NCBI GenBank assembly: GCA_047495785.1
Contig: JBLDXI010000036.1
Span: 620,001 to 684,000 of the forward strand
Direction of reading: 5' to 3'
DNA from: Lepidodermella squamata
Taxonomy: Eukaryota > Animalia > Gastrotricha
Length of the DNA stretch: 64,000 nucleotides
Position 1 is the stretch's first letter. Each line of letters starts with the position of its first letter. This document shows, in pieces, positions 23,475 to 36,362 of this stretch. Made by a program: the position numbers and the translations under genes. The notes below the pieces were generated by a model. It saw only the letters and a list, made by a program, of their open reading frames with translations, ran no database searches and was not told where the DNA came from.

Positions 23475-24112
23475 TGGCGGAGTATAGATTGCTGAAAATC
23501 GCAAAGAAGTTCGATTTAATTGAGCACACGCTACGAACATTGGATGAGAGGGCGTCGAGTAACTGCACACCTAATTACTTTCCCCGATGCGTAGATCTGC
23601 AGTAGGAATTTCTGTAGATCCTGACATTATGTCTAACATGCAGCCAAAATTAGGTGTATATTTTGCATATTTTGCAATCATGGGTGTAAAGTAGGCGATG
23701 AGCAAATTATATTCAAAACGTACATCATCACGTACTACGTGAATGTAGAATGGCCAATGCCCGAATAGGTGACCTGAAATAAAAAACAGCAGCAAACCAA
23801 CCGTTCTCTATGATATGAACAATATGATTTTTCCAACGTTTTGCTAAACAATTGATTCCTTTTGTGAATCTTCTAGGTCTGAATAATTCAGAGAAGGGGT
23901 ATGGGAGAACCTTTCCATACACCCAGTCGTGAAAAAGTACACTCTGGCTAGACCTACTTGGCATATTCCAAGTAGGCCCCAATAGGTCGCATCGTTAACA
24001 AATTTTGCAACTGTGGTACGTAGATCTAGCGGTAAGATAAATTTTCTTACGACAGATAAAAAATTAAGCCACATGTAAGAATTGCTAGGCTTCAAATATT
24101 CAAATACTCAAC

Positions 24113-24368
24113 CAGCGTTTTTTTTAAGCATGTTACACATTTTACAATGTAACAACCAATCGGACCAAATGTAACAACCAAAATCGAAGTAACGTCTGGA
24201 AAAGACTGCTATAACCTCATTTTTAGGAGGTTTCGGAGCCTTTTCTAGTGGAAAATCCTCAAAATTTCCTTTGATTTTCACCAATGCAGCACACAAAAAT
24301 TCGCTTTCGAGCGAGGTAGCTACCAAAAAATCGTTTGTAACAACCAATCGTTTGCTTAAAAAACCCTG
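24113..24368. mobile_element. hAT-type MITE
   Basis: TIR CAGCGTTTTTTTTAAGCA / TGCTTAAAAAAACCCTG with 8-bp TSD TACTCAAC. Confidence 0.8.
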
Positions 24369-26816
24369 TACTCAACATTAAAATTAATATTTGTATGATA
24401 TTAAAAACTAAGCAAAAAAATCCGCAAATGTGTATTTTTAGTCCAGTAATCCAGAACTCTGGATCCAGAACTTTTGTCCTAATTAAATATCAATTTTTGG
24501 ATAAAACAATCTTAAACAGAGAGTGAAAGATTAGCTACTCAAACTATTACGCAATGTTGTACATGAAAATGTGTGATTTCGTATGCTGATGAGAAGAGAT
24601 GCGAAATAAAAGAAGAATACATAATCAATTTGAGCGTCGCGTCTAACAGAAACTTGGAAGATTGAAAATTGCCAACATGACCGACATCGCTCTGAATGAC
24701 GACCAAAAGTAATTCGATGCCTAATTCCTAATTCGAGGCGGTCTACCTGTGATCGAATCTCTAGCTCTTTCACGTGGTAACAGATTTGAGGTTGACAATT
24801 TCTGCTCAGTCTGGATCTCATCAACATAAATGAAGCTATGGTGAAAAAGAGGTTTCTGTATCGTAACAATGGTTGGGTTGCCCACCTCAAATCTTATACC
24901 ATGTGAAAGAGCAGCTCGCGTTCTATTTGCATGCAAAATTGGGCGAAAAACGGAGATATCCGTTTTCAGAAACTCAACTTTGCATACAAATATGGAGATT
25001 CTGAAATTTTAGCTTGAATGCTTACTCCGGTCATTTTTTTCTCCATGGTATAGGTATTGGAATATTAGCACTTACTTGTCACAGTTGCAGGATTAGCTAC
25101 TAAGACAGGGCACAAACTGGGCCCCTTCGCAGGAGAAGCTGTGAAGTAATAATTCAGTTTAGAAATTTAAGCCTTGAGATCTCACTTTAGGAAACCCATA
25201 AATTCACGGGCTTCATCATCTGTGTTGGAAATCGATGCTGTCTCTTTGAACAAAATACGCTGGCAGCATGATTTGCAAGGATAGGTGAGAGAACCTGGGC
25301 TTTTTTAAGCTACCTGGCGCCCCAAGCTTCGTAAAAAAATTATCAATGTTGGGTTCTAAAACGGCTGATACTGCGGAAAAATCTTATGATTTGTAAAATC
25401 GATACTTGTAATCGATATCGCCTCTGCAGGTTGAAGCGTCATAAACTGACCGCTAATAGCCCAAAATGTGCGTAATATAACTTATCGGTTATGCGTTATG
25501 CATAATAACAAAAAAACAAAAAAATTGTCAGATAAATTCTGGGCTGAAAATACCCTCGAAGATCCTACTTTATCCACTGCTGATCTGTATTATTGTCTAC
25601 GGGTAAGTAAACAACACTTACATGTAGTCGATTTGATGCTACCAGTAGCTAAGATGGAACAATTCAAGTTATGAAAGTTTAGAAGGCATTTTTATAATGC
25701 TTACATGTTGGCTGCGATGAGGCGGGCTTTTTCGTTAACTCAATTTGCGATTTACCGTTCACAAGAGCGAGGCAGAATAGCACTGCAATCGGGGAAATAA
25801 CGTTCGTATACATCGTGTCAAGTCGGCATGTGGATATTGAAATGATAATCGCTCAATGAGCTGGGAGCTGGTCACGCTACAAGCCCTGTGAGGCTGATGT
25901 CAGCTGGCTCGATATCAAACGGAGGCGATGTTTATCGCGTGATCATCGAAACGCTCAGGCACTGAACACTGAACAAATAAACAACTTCGACAAAGCTATG
26001 ACGCATAGCGGCGAAGACAATTTCGTAAGGAGAGAATGTGGTCAAAATGAAATTAATTATATCCTTCGTAAAGTCGAGAAAGGATAAAGGAAAGATAGGA
26101 TTGGATCACTCGGCGTGCAGCGATCGTTAGGACTTAGGACTATTAGAGTCTTTCATTCTCCTTTGTAACGCTGTGTTCTCCTCTAAATCCCAGGCTGGAG
26201 CTAAAAGAATGGAGCTGGAAGTTGAAAAATTAGCGAAATATAGCACTGGATGGGGGAAAATGTTACGGTAAAATCAAATCTGTTTAACCTCGATTCGATT
26301 TTAAGGCAATGCCCTATGATTTAATCAGTTAAACCCTTTCGCGATTAAAGAGACCTGCGCCATCTACTTTACCACTATTCAACTATTTATTTTGCCGATG
26401 ACTTCAATCTTGGATCTCGGAGGAAATGACGTCCAAATGGTCGAAGGAGGGGAAGAAATGGCTATGGCATGGGCGGCCTCGCACAGGGTTTCGATGGACC
26501 TTGCAAAGCACGTTGACCGTTGACACGGTTTTCATTTACCCTCGCTCTGCGGAAGGCCGAAAGCGGGTATCTGAAAGGGAGAAAAACCAAAGACGAAGCT
26601 AATTACAACTATCGTTCTACTGGCTCTTATTCTTGACTCGTGGCTAACCATGGCAGTGACTTTGATTCGATTTGATTTGATTATTTAAAAGGTAAATCAT
26701 TTATTTCAAATAGAACCCCCAACAAATTCCAGGCAAATCATATACTTCGCATCTAGAGAAAATTGAATGTTAGGGTACATATCTAAGGACTAAGGATTCT
26801 TTTCTGCTGGTAGGAT

Positions 26817-27019
26817 CCCAGTCCAACACGAGCACTTATGGCTCATTCGAACAGCTCCGAACAATTCGAGTTGACCCCTTTGTTCGCCTGTTTTTCCAGC
26901 ATTTTCCAGCCGAACAACTCCGAACAAATCCTAAGGTGCTCTAAAGAGGCGAACAAAGGGGTCATATCGATTTGTTGGGAGTTGTTCGAATGAGCCATAA
27001 GTGCTCGTGTTGGACTGGG
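26817..27019. mobile_element. Palindromic MITE with CCCAG termini (CACTA/EnSpm-like)
   Basis: More than 35 bp of near-perfect TIR (CCCAGTCCAACACGAGCACTTATGGCTCATTCGAACA), AT on both flanks. Confidence 0.8.
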
Positions 27020-27824
27020 ATGAGTTTAAAAGTGGTTGAGTGACTTCAGAGTTATGGGAAACAGATATTTTCGATAGCTTGGAAATTCCTTCAAAACTTA
27101 CTGATGGCCCCTATTTGAGGGCGGAATGAAATTCTATGCCCATTCGCCTCCATTCTTCAATCCTGGATCGACTGGACACAGTTCAAGATCAGACCGCAAA
27201 CACCGACGCTTTGTTGGGTTGATGACATAATTATACAGAATCGTGGTTAGTGGTTTCCAGCAAAGGTAATGAACAAATTCGATCGAGGTTTGAATTTCAT
27301 GAACCGCCGCTCACAACATCAAGAAGATCGGCAACTCGTCACCAGTCCCAGAATCCGTACGAGACTCAGCGCCGACCAATCTAAAGCGCGATAGAGCCGT
27401 ACTCTCCCCTCCTGCAGCTCATCGACGATAAGAACGACCTCCCTCGTAAAGTATTCCCGCAACGTGTATTCCAGTATATTAAAGCGAGAAATTAACACTC
27501 TAGACGCTCTATCATTAAGTCTTTTCATGAGTTTCAAGCATTCAAGCCTTTCTCGGACCATTGCATGAGTGTTCAATCACCTACCTGCCATTTGACCTGG
27601 TTATCAAAGGACGACATTGTTTTGCTGATTTTCCGTCGAGGGTGTTTATTGACGCAGTGGCTAGACAATTCGATGCTCATCGCGCGAAAACAACACCGCC
27701 TCAGTCTAGGATCACATAGCAGCTGATATTATTCGCGAATCCATTTTCATGGCTCGTAGCGCTACCAGCTCATTTCATCACTTATCATTTCAATATTAAC
27801 TTGAAATATAACATCTCACTTGAC

Positions 27825-30800
27825 ATGGTAACTAAAGCTATTTCTTTGTTAGCAATGCTGTCCAGCATAGCTGTTGTGTATGCTGGCAAGGTACCTCTGC
27901 ATAGCCAAGGTAAGTGGGATCAGAATTTCTAAAAATCATTCTAAAATGTGAGATCGTAGCTTCTACACTCCCTCCTCGGACGCATGCCCCAAAATGTAAG
28001 TAATATGTGCCCACACATGGCCACTTTTTACGAAGGCATAGAAACTCGCCAACACATTGTGAAATTTTCGTGGCGATTGCATGATCGAGCCAATATTTTC
28101 TATTTGGTAAATGAAAAATACTGGACGAAAAATACGATCGAGTTCATGTGCTTATATTAGGGCCTGCATTGGGCCAACATTACCGTGTTGCTTATATATC
28201 AATTGCTTATATATTATTCTGAATTTTGCAATCGTAGCTGCTGTGCCGCCGAAAACCCCGAAAAGTAAGTAGTATCCAAATTTCCAGCAATTAATTTGAA
28301 TTAAGCAATCGCAGTTCCTGGTTGCCCTGTGCTACAGCCTGCGACAGCCCCGGAACGTAAGTGTAATCGAAAATTCTTTGGTAACAAACCGCCAATCATT
28401 CTGAAACCATAGTTCCTAATAATGGCCCCGTGCTGTCACAAGTCCCGCAATGTAAGTGGTATCTGAATTTCCACCAATCCTTATGAATCATGCAATCTTG
28501 TAGTTCCTACGACTGGCCCTATGCAGCCGCTGGCCCCGCAAGGTAAGTGGTATAACGAGTCTGCCAATTATTCTCAATCGTGCAATCGTAGTTCCTGGTT
28601 GCCCCGTGCTGCCACCAGCCCCGAAAAGTAAGCATAGATAGCGCAGCTACTTCTCACGGAAGCTAGGAAAATCGTACAATAACCATAAAATTTTACGATG
28701 ACCGCATGATCGAACGAAATGAATACTATATTTCTGGAATGAAAACATAATGGACGACAAATGCGATCGCGTACATTTGCGGTTATTACGGCCTCTATTT
28801 TGCCATTTTTCGGATCCGTGAAATGTAGCAGCGTTGCAAATATTTCATTCTATTCAACACTCAGATGTGCAGATGCCAGGAGATAAGAACTTTGGTAAAA
28901 GATGCACTTTTTGACATATTATCAATCACTGTTAACTTGAATTATCCAACCATAGCTCATCCTCGCAGAAAGCCAACAATCAAGCCAACTAAGTTGCCCT
29001 CAACGAGTAAGTGCGATTAAACTTGTGGGATCTCAAAGTCTAACTTTCTAATTCTCGTCGGTTTAATTATTATCGAAATAACCTAAACCCTCTCACCGTC
29101 GATTGGGTTTGGGAAGGAAAAAAGATAATATATCAGCCTTACCCGTGAGGCTTTATGAGACGGCTGACGACGAGAAATCAGCTTCAGGAACAGTCGCGAA
29201 CAATCTGCTTTTTCCCTGTAATTCATTCATTTCCGTTCCAATATTGATCTTATCAACATATAGCTGTAAATCCATATGTATATCCATAAATACTGCAATC
29301 GGCAATCAGCTCTGATAGTGAAAATCAGAGGTGATTGCCGATTGCAGTATTTGTTTCCTCTTCAAAACGCCTTTCATTTTTTCGCATAATTATCACCATG
29401 ATAGGTAGAGGAAAAATTGATTTAGGAAACAAACGCTAACAAAGAAGATGTTAAGTATTAAATGGCAGAATTTATAAGAAGTTTATTGAAAAGCTGACGC
29501 GGGACGCGGGGAATCTGAAATCTGAAAGTTATAGCCTTTGCGATTACGATTTTTTTTTATTTTTGATTATTATTTTGTCATTATAGCTACCCCTGCCCCA
29601 CTACCGGTCGAAATCTTAAGTAAGTGTCATCATCCTGCTTAACCTCTAATAATTCTTAACCAATCTTTGCCTAATTCAAAAAGCTATAATCAAGTTCCGA
29701 CACGTCGATTACATGTGCACTGAAGAGCCAGTCAATGTCACTGAATCGTCAAACTCGACTGCCCACGACTGCGAGGAACAATGTAGAGGCGAGGAGCTGT
29801 GTAAGGCTGTCGTTTACTTCGAACATAAGTGCTCAGTTTACAATAACTGCACTGCTACGAGCACCAAGCCGCCAACAGGATACGCTCTTTCCCGAAAATT
29901 AATTCACAATGTTACGTACATCTATCACAAGGTTGATCGCATATGTGACTATGAGCTTCATATGACCAAAACCTCAGTGTCGTTGATCGACTGTCAGCGC
30001 ATATGTTTTGATGATGACACATGCACAGTCTTCACCTACTTTAACCATAAATGCTCATTCTACATGTGCGAATTCTTCGACTTCAATGTGGCTGAGGGTA
30101 ACGGCGTCCAGGTGCCAACTGGATCCCTAGGTTTCCTGAAATCAAAATACTATTATAAAGGCACGTTTCAGAGGGTTGGTTTCGAGTGTGTCGAAGAGCC
30201 TCTGATGACCTCTTACTCATCTACGTGGGATCGTTGTCGGCTTGATTGCTTTGCGGATGAGAATTGCAAGGCCTTCTCCTACAAGTGGAATAATTGCTCT
30301 TTCTATGAAACCTGCACCAATAGCAGCTCTGAGGCGCCACGTAACAGACCCGTTTACCATAAATTGTCGCCGATTCCAAGTAAGTTACGTGAAAACTTAT
30401 ACGGTACCTTTTATTTGGGATGGGCATGAAGAAGGCTTTTTCCAAGACTTAGGAACGTGACCTTCAACGCTTCAAACAATTTCTCATGCTTTTGAAATTA
30501 TTTAGAGAATTCGATGCAAAAAATATACCCATATACTTTATCTAAATCAAATTATTCTGACACAGCGTTAACACCGGTTTTTCGGGAAAAAATAATAATA
30601 GCCGGGTCATTCCAGGTCAATTCGACCAACGACCCAACCCATGTTCTCAGATCATCCCCGAACTATTTTTATCGGATAGAGCTCAAAAAATCAGGAAACT
30701 TTTACGCTTGTGACTTTTTTCTATGACGCAAGGACTCTATATCATAACAACGGTTGCCAGGTTGCCGAATCTCACCAAGTATGAATGCCCGAGGGGAGCT

Positions 30801-31161
30801 TTTCAAATGTCATTTAAATGTCAAGAATTTATTATAATTGATTCATTGCAATCTCCGTTTCAGCTGCTGATACCATCGAGAAACCTGACAATATTACTGG
30901 TAAGTGCTTTTCCAGTACGTAATATTAATTTCAAATTTGATTATATCGTCTTAGCCTTTAATATTGACACGATTCGATCTGGTAAGTGAGATAATTGAAA
31001 TGCGAGCCAATCTTTTCAACTATTGCATCGTAGTATGCAACGTCTTCCATGGCAATGAGGAGCTTTGCTTTTCCGCAAGCTTCAGATGGAAAATCAGCAA
31101 TACCATAAAAATGTCGGCCGCGACGATTATTGCGACCGCGGCGGCGCATCCTCTTGGCTAA
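27825..31161 (+). CDS. Secreted PAN/apple-domain protein with a Pro-rich region encoded by micro-exons (13 exons; last exon uncertain)
   Basis: Exons 27825-27909 (signal peptide MVTKAISLLAMLSSIAVVYAG), 27960-27995, 28238-28264, 28315-28356, 28413-28451, 28504-28542, 28592-28627, 28956-29006, 29587-29619, 29684-30379 (three C-x3-C-x5-C..Y/F..C PAN-like repeats), 30864-30899, 30955-30981, 31034-31161. All donors are GTAAG and all junctions are phase 1. Confidence 0.82.
29288..29352. repeat. Intronic 65-nt hairpin (29-bp stem, one mismatch, 7-nt loop)
   Basis: aaatactgcaatcggcaatcagctctgat-agtgaaa-atcagaggtgattgccgattgcagtattt. Confidence 0.8.
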
Positions 31162-31176
31162 TAACTCTGTTGAAGA

Positions 31177-31593
31177 ATGTGACGTAGATAGGATGCCGTA
31201 CTAAGAGGTTTTCGAACACTAAAAACGGAAGTCAGGCTAATGAGGCACGAATTTAATCGTTTAAATGGAACGAGATGAACCATGTCATCATTTTCCATCC
31301 AAATATTCATTGTGCTATTTCTTTGAAATGTTATGCAGATGCTGCCTAACCAGCTGAATTCATCTCTAAAAGATGTTTCTCCTTTTGGAAAGGTCTCAGA
31401 AACAGTGCCGAAACTCTACTTTTTGCAAACAAATTAGCAAATTAGCTTCATTAGCAAACAAATTCGAACGCAGACCAATCATTTTATATTTTTAGTAGGC
31501 TGAAAAATATTCCGAATATAGATGAGAGAAGAAGTAAACACATCGTTTTGTCGGCCGGCGAGCTCTGAATACGGCGTTCTATCTAAGTCACAT
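31177..31593. mobile_element. Shorter copy of the 11076-12439 TIR element
   Basis: TIR ATGTGACGTAGATAGGATGCCG / CGGCGTTCTATCTAAGTCACAT; internal homology to 11090-11340 and 12300-12440. Confidence 0.7.
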
Positions 31594-32669
31594 GTTGTGG
31601 TGAAGCGTTTCGTTTTATCGCAGTAGTTTAAGCAATATTATGCACTATCGCTTACATATGTAGTACAGCTTCCATTCACAATCATACGACAAAATAGCAA
31701 TCATAATGGCTAAGAGCTTATCAATATATGTGTGCCATACGTGTATTTAGAAATATCTCATGATTTTATGTTAAAATCGCCTATCGCTAATCGCTGCTTA
31801 TCGCCGATATTTAAAAAGCTTCAACATAATATGTGTTTCAAATAAAAGTGTTTTTGGTGGTGGAATGACGCGATTGTTTTTTGTGACGGCCTTTTTGACA
31901 GCTTTAAGTATCTCAAATCTGAAAACAAAAAAATGATGACTTTCATTCAAAATACACGTAGGAATTGCATAAGATTACGTGTATCGGGAATTACTTGATC
32001 CACTCCCCCGGAATCAGGCTTCATGAACGGCCAATTAATCGCGGCAAACGTGGCTTAGTGGTGCATTCGAACACGGGTGCGAAACTTGTACTCAACGTAG
32101 ACATGGTTTATACCAAGCTAAGAACTTGATAACTATAGAAATTTAAGTCTAATAGATTAATTCTAGTAAATTTCTTGGACATATTTTACCCGAGTCTTCC
32201 TGCGATTGACGGATAAAAACATTATCACCGAGATTTCGAAAATCTTGGGATGTGGTTTCAGATTTTTCAGATTCGATTTCTGGGTCAGGGATTTGGGAAT
32301 GATTTTAGTGGGACCCCGATTTATTTCTGATGTTCTGAGGATTTCATATCAAATCTCCATAGTGGCCGGTCTTCCGTCGTCAAATAACTGAAGCGACATC
32401 ATTCAGATGTCTCGGAAAATCGCGCGGACAGTAGCGTATATCGGCAATTCTTACCAATGCGCAAGAAGTTTGATTATTATTCAAATCGAGCAAATTGGCC
32501 CGGATCTCACGATAGCTCAAACAGAGCGGAATAGCAGAACTACCAGATTTATCCAGATTAATAACTTTATTATTATATTATCGATAGGAATTACGCAAAA
32601 AATCACAAATATCACAAATTATCACAAATTTAATTCCAAAATAGCAATTATACCTACTTGTTAATTGCG

Positions 32670-34937
32670 TTACGCATGTCCAATCAATCGGCGAAACATC
32701 GCTACAGCTTTATCTGAGAATAGCACAAACACGCCGGTCAGACTAGAAATAGTCATACATGCGACTGATGCAACGATTTGTTGAGTTACGTGTGAATTTT
32801 TAGACACTATAATGATGAAAATCGCCCCGATAAGCAATGGCAAGTTGATGAGGGAGGCCATGCGGTAACGCTTGATTTCGGGCTCTCTCACCTTAGCAAT
32901 GACTATGGACAAGAGAACAGCCGCGCCAGCAGGAATCAGGCCGACCGCAGCTAGCGTCAACATGAATTTGATATCCTCGACTTCACTTGCCTGGCATATT
33001 TCGACATAGACATGGCGTAAGATGTCACGTTCAGCGATGTACTCGCTACGGACGGAGGTAATACGTGATTCCATTGGATTTCCGACTAGCCAGGCAGCTA
33101 ATAACGACACGGTGATAATTAGGAGAAAGATGGGCGCAAGATGAGCGAACAGAAACTGAAACCGTCTAGAGCCTTCCTTCTTCAGCACCACTGTTTCTGC
33201 TGGTAATTTTGGGAATACAGAGAAGCTCGAGTTGTTATGAGGCAAAACAGTGGTACGCTGGTTCGAAAAGACGTAAAAAGCCAACTTTCGATAAATTATC
33301 AAATGAACGACGGTTGCTCCAATGACGAGGGAACTATATTTCAGATTACAAACCGCTGCAGAATGAACGTTCAGAGCAAAAACGATTGAGGCCGCGTTGA
33401 ATAACATGCAAGCCAGGGTGAAAATGACCCTTTCAATTTCCAACTTCACGGAACAAGCCAGCAGTTGGGAGATCGTTACAATTCCACCGAAGACACATGC
33501 GAAGATGAGAAATTCATCTGGGACGTGAATTACTACGATTTCTTCGCCTGGCCAATCAGTTGGGGGCTGTTTATTATCTGTGGACCAGACAAAAGGTTCA
33601 AAGCTCCGAATCGCGTAGCTTGAGATATCTTTTACGTTTGTTTTGTTAGGCAGTAGAGTGATTTCGTAGTTGATCCGTGCTCTATTCTCCTCTGGGATCC
33701 ACTGGAAGATGTACTGAGGCTCCGAATCCTGTTCCAGTCTACTCGAATACTCGATAACGCCACGTCTGAAGCCCACGAACCTGACAGAGGCAGCACTCTT
33801 ATTCGCGGCTTCCATGACAATCGTCGGCTGGTTGGCGTAATCTTTGAGAGACAGATTCTTCATGTTAAGAATCTTCTCAGCCCCGTCCAGCGTTAGAATG
33901 GCCTGAAGATACTGATCGTGGCAGAGGTAACGCTTGCCGTAGTTTGACAAGTTTCTCGCACCGGGAACCGCCCTATCAAGCATTTCATCAAACTGCTTAG
34001 TGTCATAGCCTAAGCTGGTTTTGCCCGTGTTTTCGACGCCAAAGCTTGATCCTAACGATCCAATGAAAAATGTAGATTTATACTGTTGTTGCACAATGGC
34101 CTTGGTACACCCCTGATCGATGACTTCAGGACTTGTAATTAGATCCCCAAGGGCGCTGCCACCCATGATGAAGACGTACCGAGGCCCAGTCAAGCCGATG
34201 CTGTAGCATTTGCAAAGAAAAAGCATAGCAGTGGTCGGATCGGAAATTTCATATACAATCACCCTTGCCCCTGATTGCTTTAACCCCCATATCAAGTCGT
34301 CATTCAAGTCGAAGGCTGCATCGTAATGCACAACGTCCACGCCATTTTTGACAGCCAGATCGTAGAAATAAGATGCAACGTGAAAGTTGACGATCGTAGA
34401 ACCGGCATTTGCCAGTATCGCGATCTTTCGCCACTTGCCGAGGTTTTTGATGAAGTTAAGCCTAGGTAGGGCTAGTGCTTCCCCGGACGGGCGGATACGG
34501 TAGAAATTCGGAAACAAAGCTCTATTAGTGGTGAAAGAGGGCGATAGACAAACAGGAGAAATAGCGACCAAATTTGAATGGTGAGCAATTTGAGCCAGAG
34601 ATTTGCATCCAGCAGTGAAACCTCCTGCGATAACAACGGGCGATTTTACCGAATTGTCAGCTGCTGGTTTTCTGTAAAATTCTATCACTCGCTTAGTTAG
34701 CAGAAAACTTCCTGGTCCTTCGTCCTGGTTATTGGCGACCAAGTCGTAGCCGGGCAAGATGTCGCTCCGCTTGCTGACCACGTCGAACATCAGCTTTTGA
34801 ACGTAAGGGCAAACGTCACTGGCAGGATCAAGAGATTGAATTATCGTTGTTCCGAAAAACATCTCCAACTTAGTGTTTTGCCCACTGACTGAATGCGCAA
34901 TGAAAAGGGCGAGAAATGCCGAAAGTTGAGGCTTCAT
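32670..34937 (-). CDS. GABA-B-like class C GPCR, copy 5 (intact, intronless, 755 aa)
   Basis: Start MKPQLSAFLALFIAHSVSG at 34937; full VFT plus 7TM. Confidence 0.92.
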   Translation of the reverse strand: MKPQLSAFLALFIAHSVSGQNTKLEMFFGTTIIQSLDPASDVCPYVQKLMFDVVSKRSDILPGYDLVANNQDEGPGSFLLTKRVIEFYRKPAADNSVKSPVVIAGGFTAGCKSLAQIAHHSNLVAISPVCLSPSFTTNRALFPNFYRIRPSGEALALPRLNFIKNLGKWRKIAILANAGSTIVNFHVASYFYDLAVKNGVDVVHYDAAFDLNDDLIWGLKQSGARVIVYEISDPTTAMLFLCKCYSIGLTGPRYVFIMGGSALGDLITSPEVIDQGCTKAIVQQQYKSTFFIGSLGSSFGVENTGKTSLGYDTKQFDEMLDRAVPGARNLSNYGKRYLCHDQYLQAILTLDGAEKILNMKNLSLKDYANQPTIVMEAANKSAASVRFVGFRRGVIEYSSRLEQDSEPQYIFQWIPEENRARINYEITLLPNKTNVKDISSYAIRSFEPFVWSTDNKQPPTDWPGEEIVVIHVPDEFLIFACVFGGIVTISQLLACSVKLEIERVIFTLACMLFNAASIVFALNVHSAAVCNLKYSSLVIGATVVHLIIYRKLAFYVFSNQRTTVLPHNNSSFSVFPKLPAETVVLKKEGSRRFQFLFAHLAPIFLLIITVSLLAAWLVGNPMESRITSVRSEYIAERDILRHVYVEICQASEVEDIKFMLTLAAVGLIPAGAAVLLSIVIAKVREPEIKRYRMASLINLPLLIGAIFIIIVSKNSHVTQQIVASVACMTISSLTGVFVLFSDKAVAMFRRLIGHA

Positions 34938-36362
34938 TATCTGAGATTGTAGAATGGAGATTATCAAAAAACGTACCTGATTTTATAGAGCGCCCTGTGA
35001 CCCTACGTATCCATACGCTAATTGGTGTAGCATTACTGAATGCCTGAAAGGCTAATTATTATCAAGTAACTGACGTTGACTAATTAAACAACTGTCTGTG
35101 GTTCGGCGTTCTGCCCGGATATCACTATCCGGTCTTACTAATGTTTCGTCGGGAGGTTAATTAAGCTCAGGATGTTAAAAGAAAGGGGTACACCATCGCC
35201 TACCGTGAGAATAATTGGCAACTAGTGTCCCCCGATCGTTTTCCCTGGCAGCAGAAATATTAGTGATAGCCCATAGAGAAAGTCGTTTCGAGAACATCTT
35301 GACGGCATGTTAAAAAAATAATTACAGTCGCATTTAGTGGACAGGCTAGCGTTATGCAAAAAATCGCATTAGATTAGCATTAGCGCCCTGTATTTCGGCG
35401 AGAAATTTCTATCGAGAAGTATTGAAATGTTGGCACTATTGCATACTTAGTTCGCAACTTGCAACCTTTCTAACTTCACATTCATTAAAGCTTTTGCGCT
35501 CCCAGATAAAATTCGAAACATAATTGATTTGATTGAAAAGTCGATGAGTTGTTGTTCGATTTCAAGAAATCCAGCTCCTCAAAAGGCTCGGGCTTTGAGT
35601 ATTGATTCTTGGTTCATGATGTAAATTCTATCGCGTCAAAATATGTCCCTAAAAGACTCGATGCCTCCCCTAAAACTGCACTTTCAGCAATCAAAAAAGC
35701 GTTTGAGAAAGATTGAGTGTATCGGAATTCAAAATTCGACGATAGAGTACGACGAGAACGGCATGGTGCATGATGGTCAACATAAATTATTGGATACCTA
35801 CTGTTACATATTGCAGCATATTGTTGAACATGACATCTTGCATCTGTTAAAGGTTTACGGTCTTCATAGTTGCTTTAGCCTTCGATTCATGGCTAGTTGG
35901 TTAGTTGGTTAGTTGAGGTAAAATTGGGATTGCTTGCATCGCGATTTCCTCGAGTATCTTCAGCCTCAGATCTGCACTGGCCTTGCTCTTTTTCGAAATC
36001 GAATGTACGGGGATTTATCAATTCGCAAGTCAACTATCAAACCGTTACGGTCTTGCCCTGAGTTTAACCATGTGTGCCTGATGTGGCAATTAATTCATTT
36101 GTTCGCTTTGCTCGTCTTCAAAGAACCTAGGCTCTGATTCAAGCAAGGCATTCAACTATGTTTGAAGCATAAAAGAAGTTTGCTGGGTAAATTTGAGTCC
36201 AAAATAGGTTTTCAGCATTGATTTACTTCTGCGCATTTCAATTCCGTGCCCTCCCCCAAAAAAGTGAAACCTGCCAGTTAGCAAAGATTTAATATCTGAA
36301 TGAATCCAAATTTTATAATAATTATAATTACTTTTAAATTCTACACAAATAAGTATCGTTTG

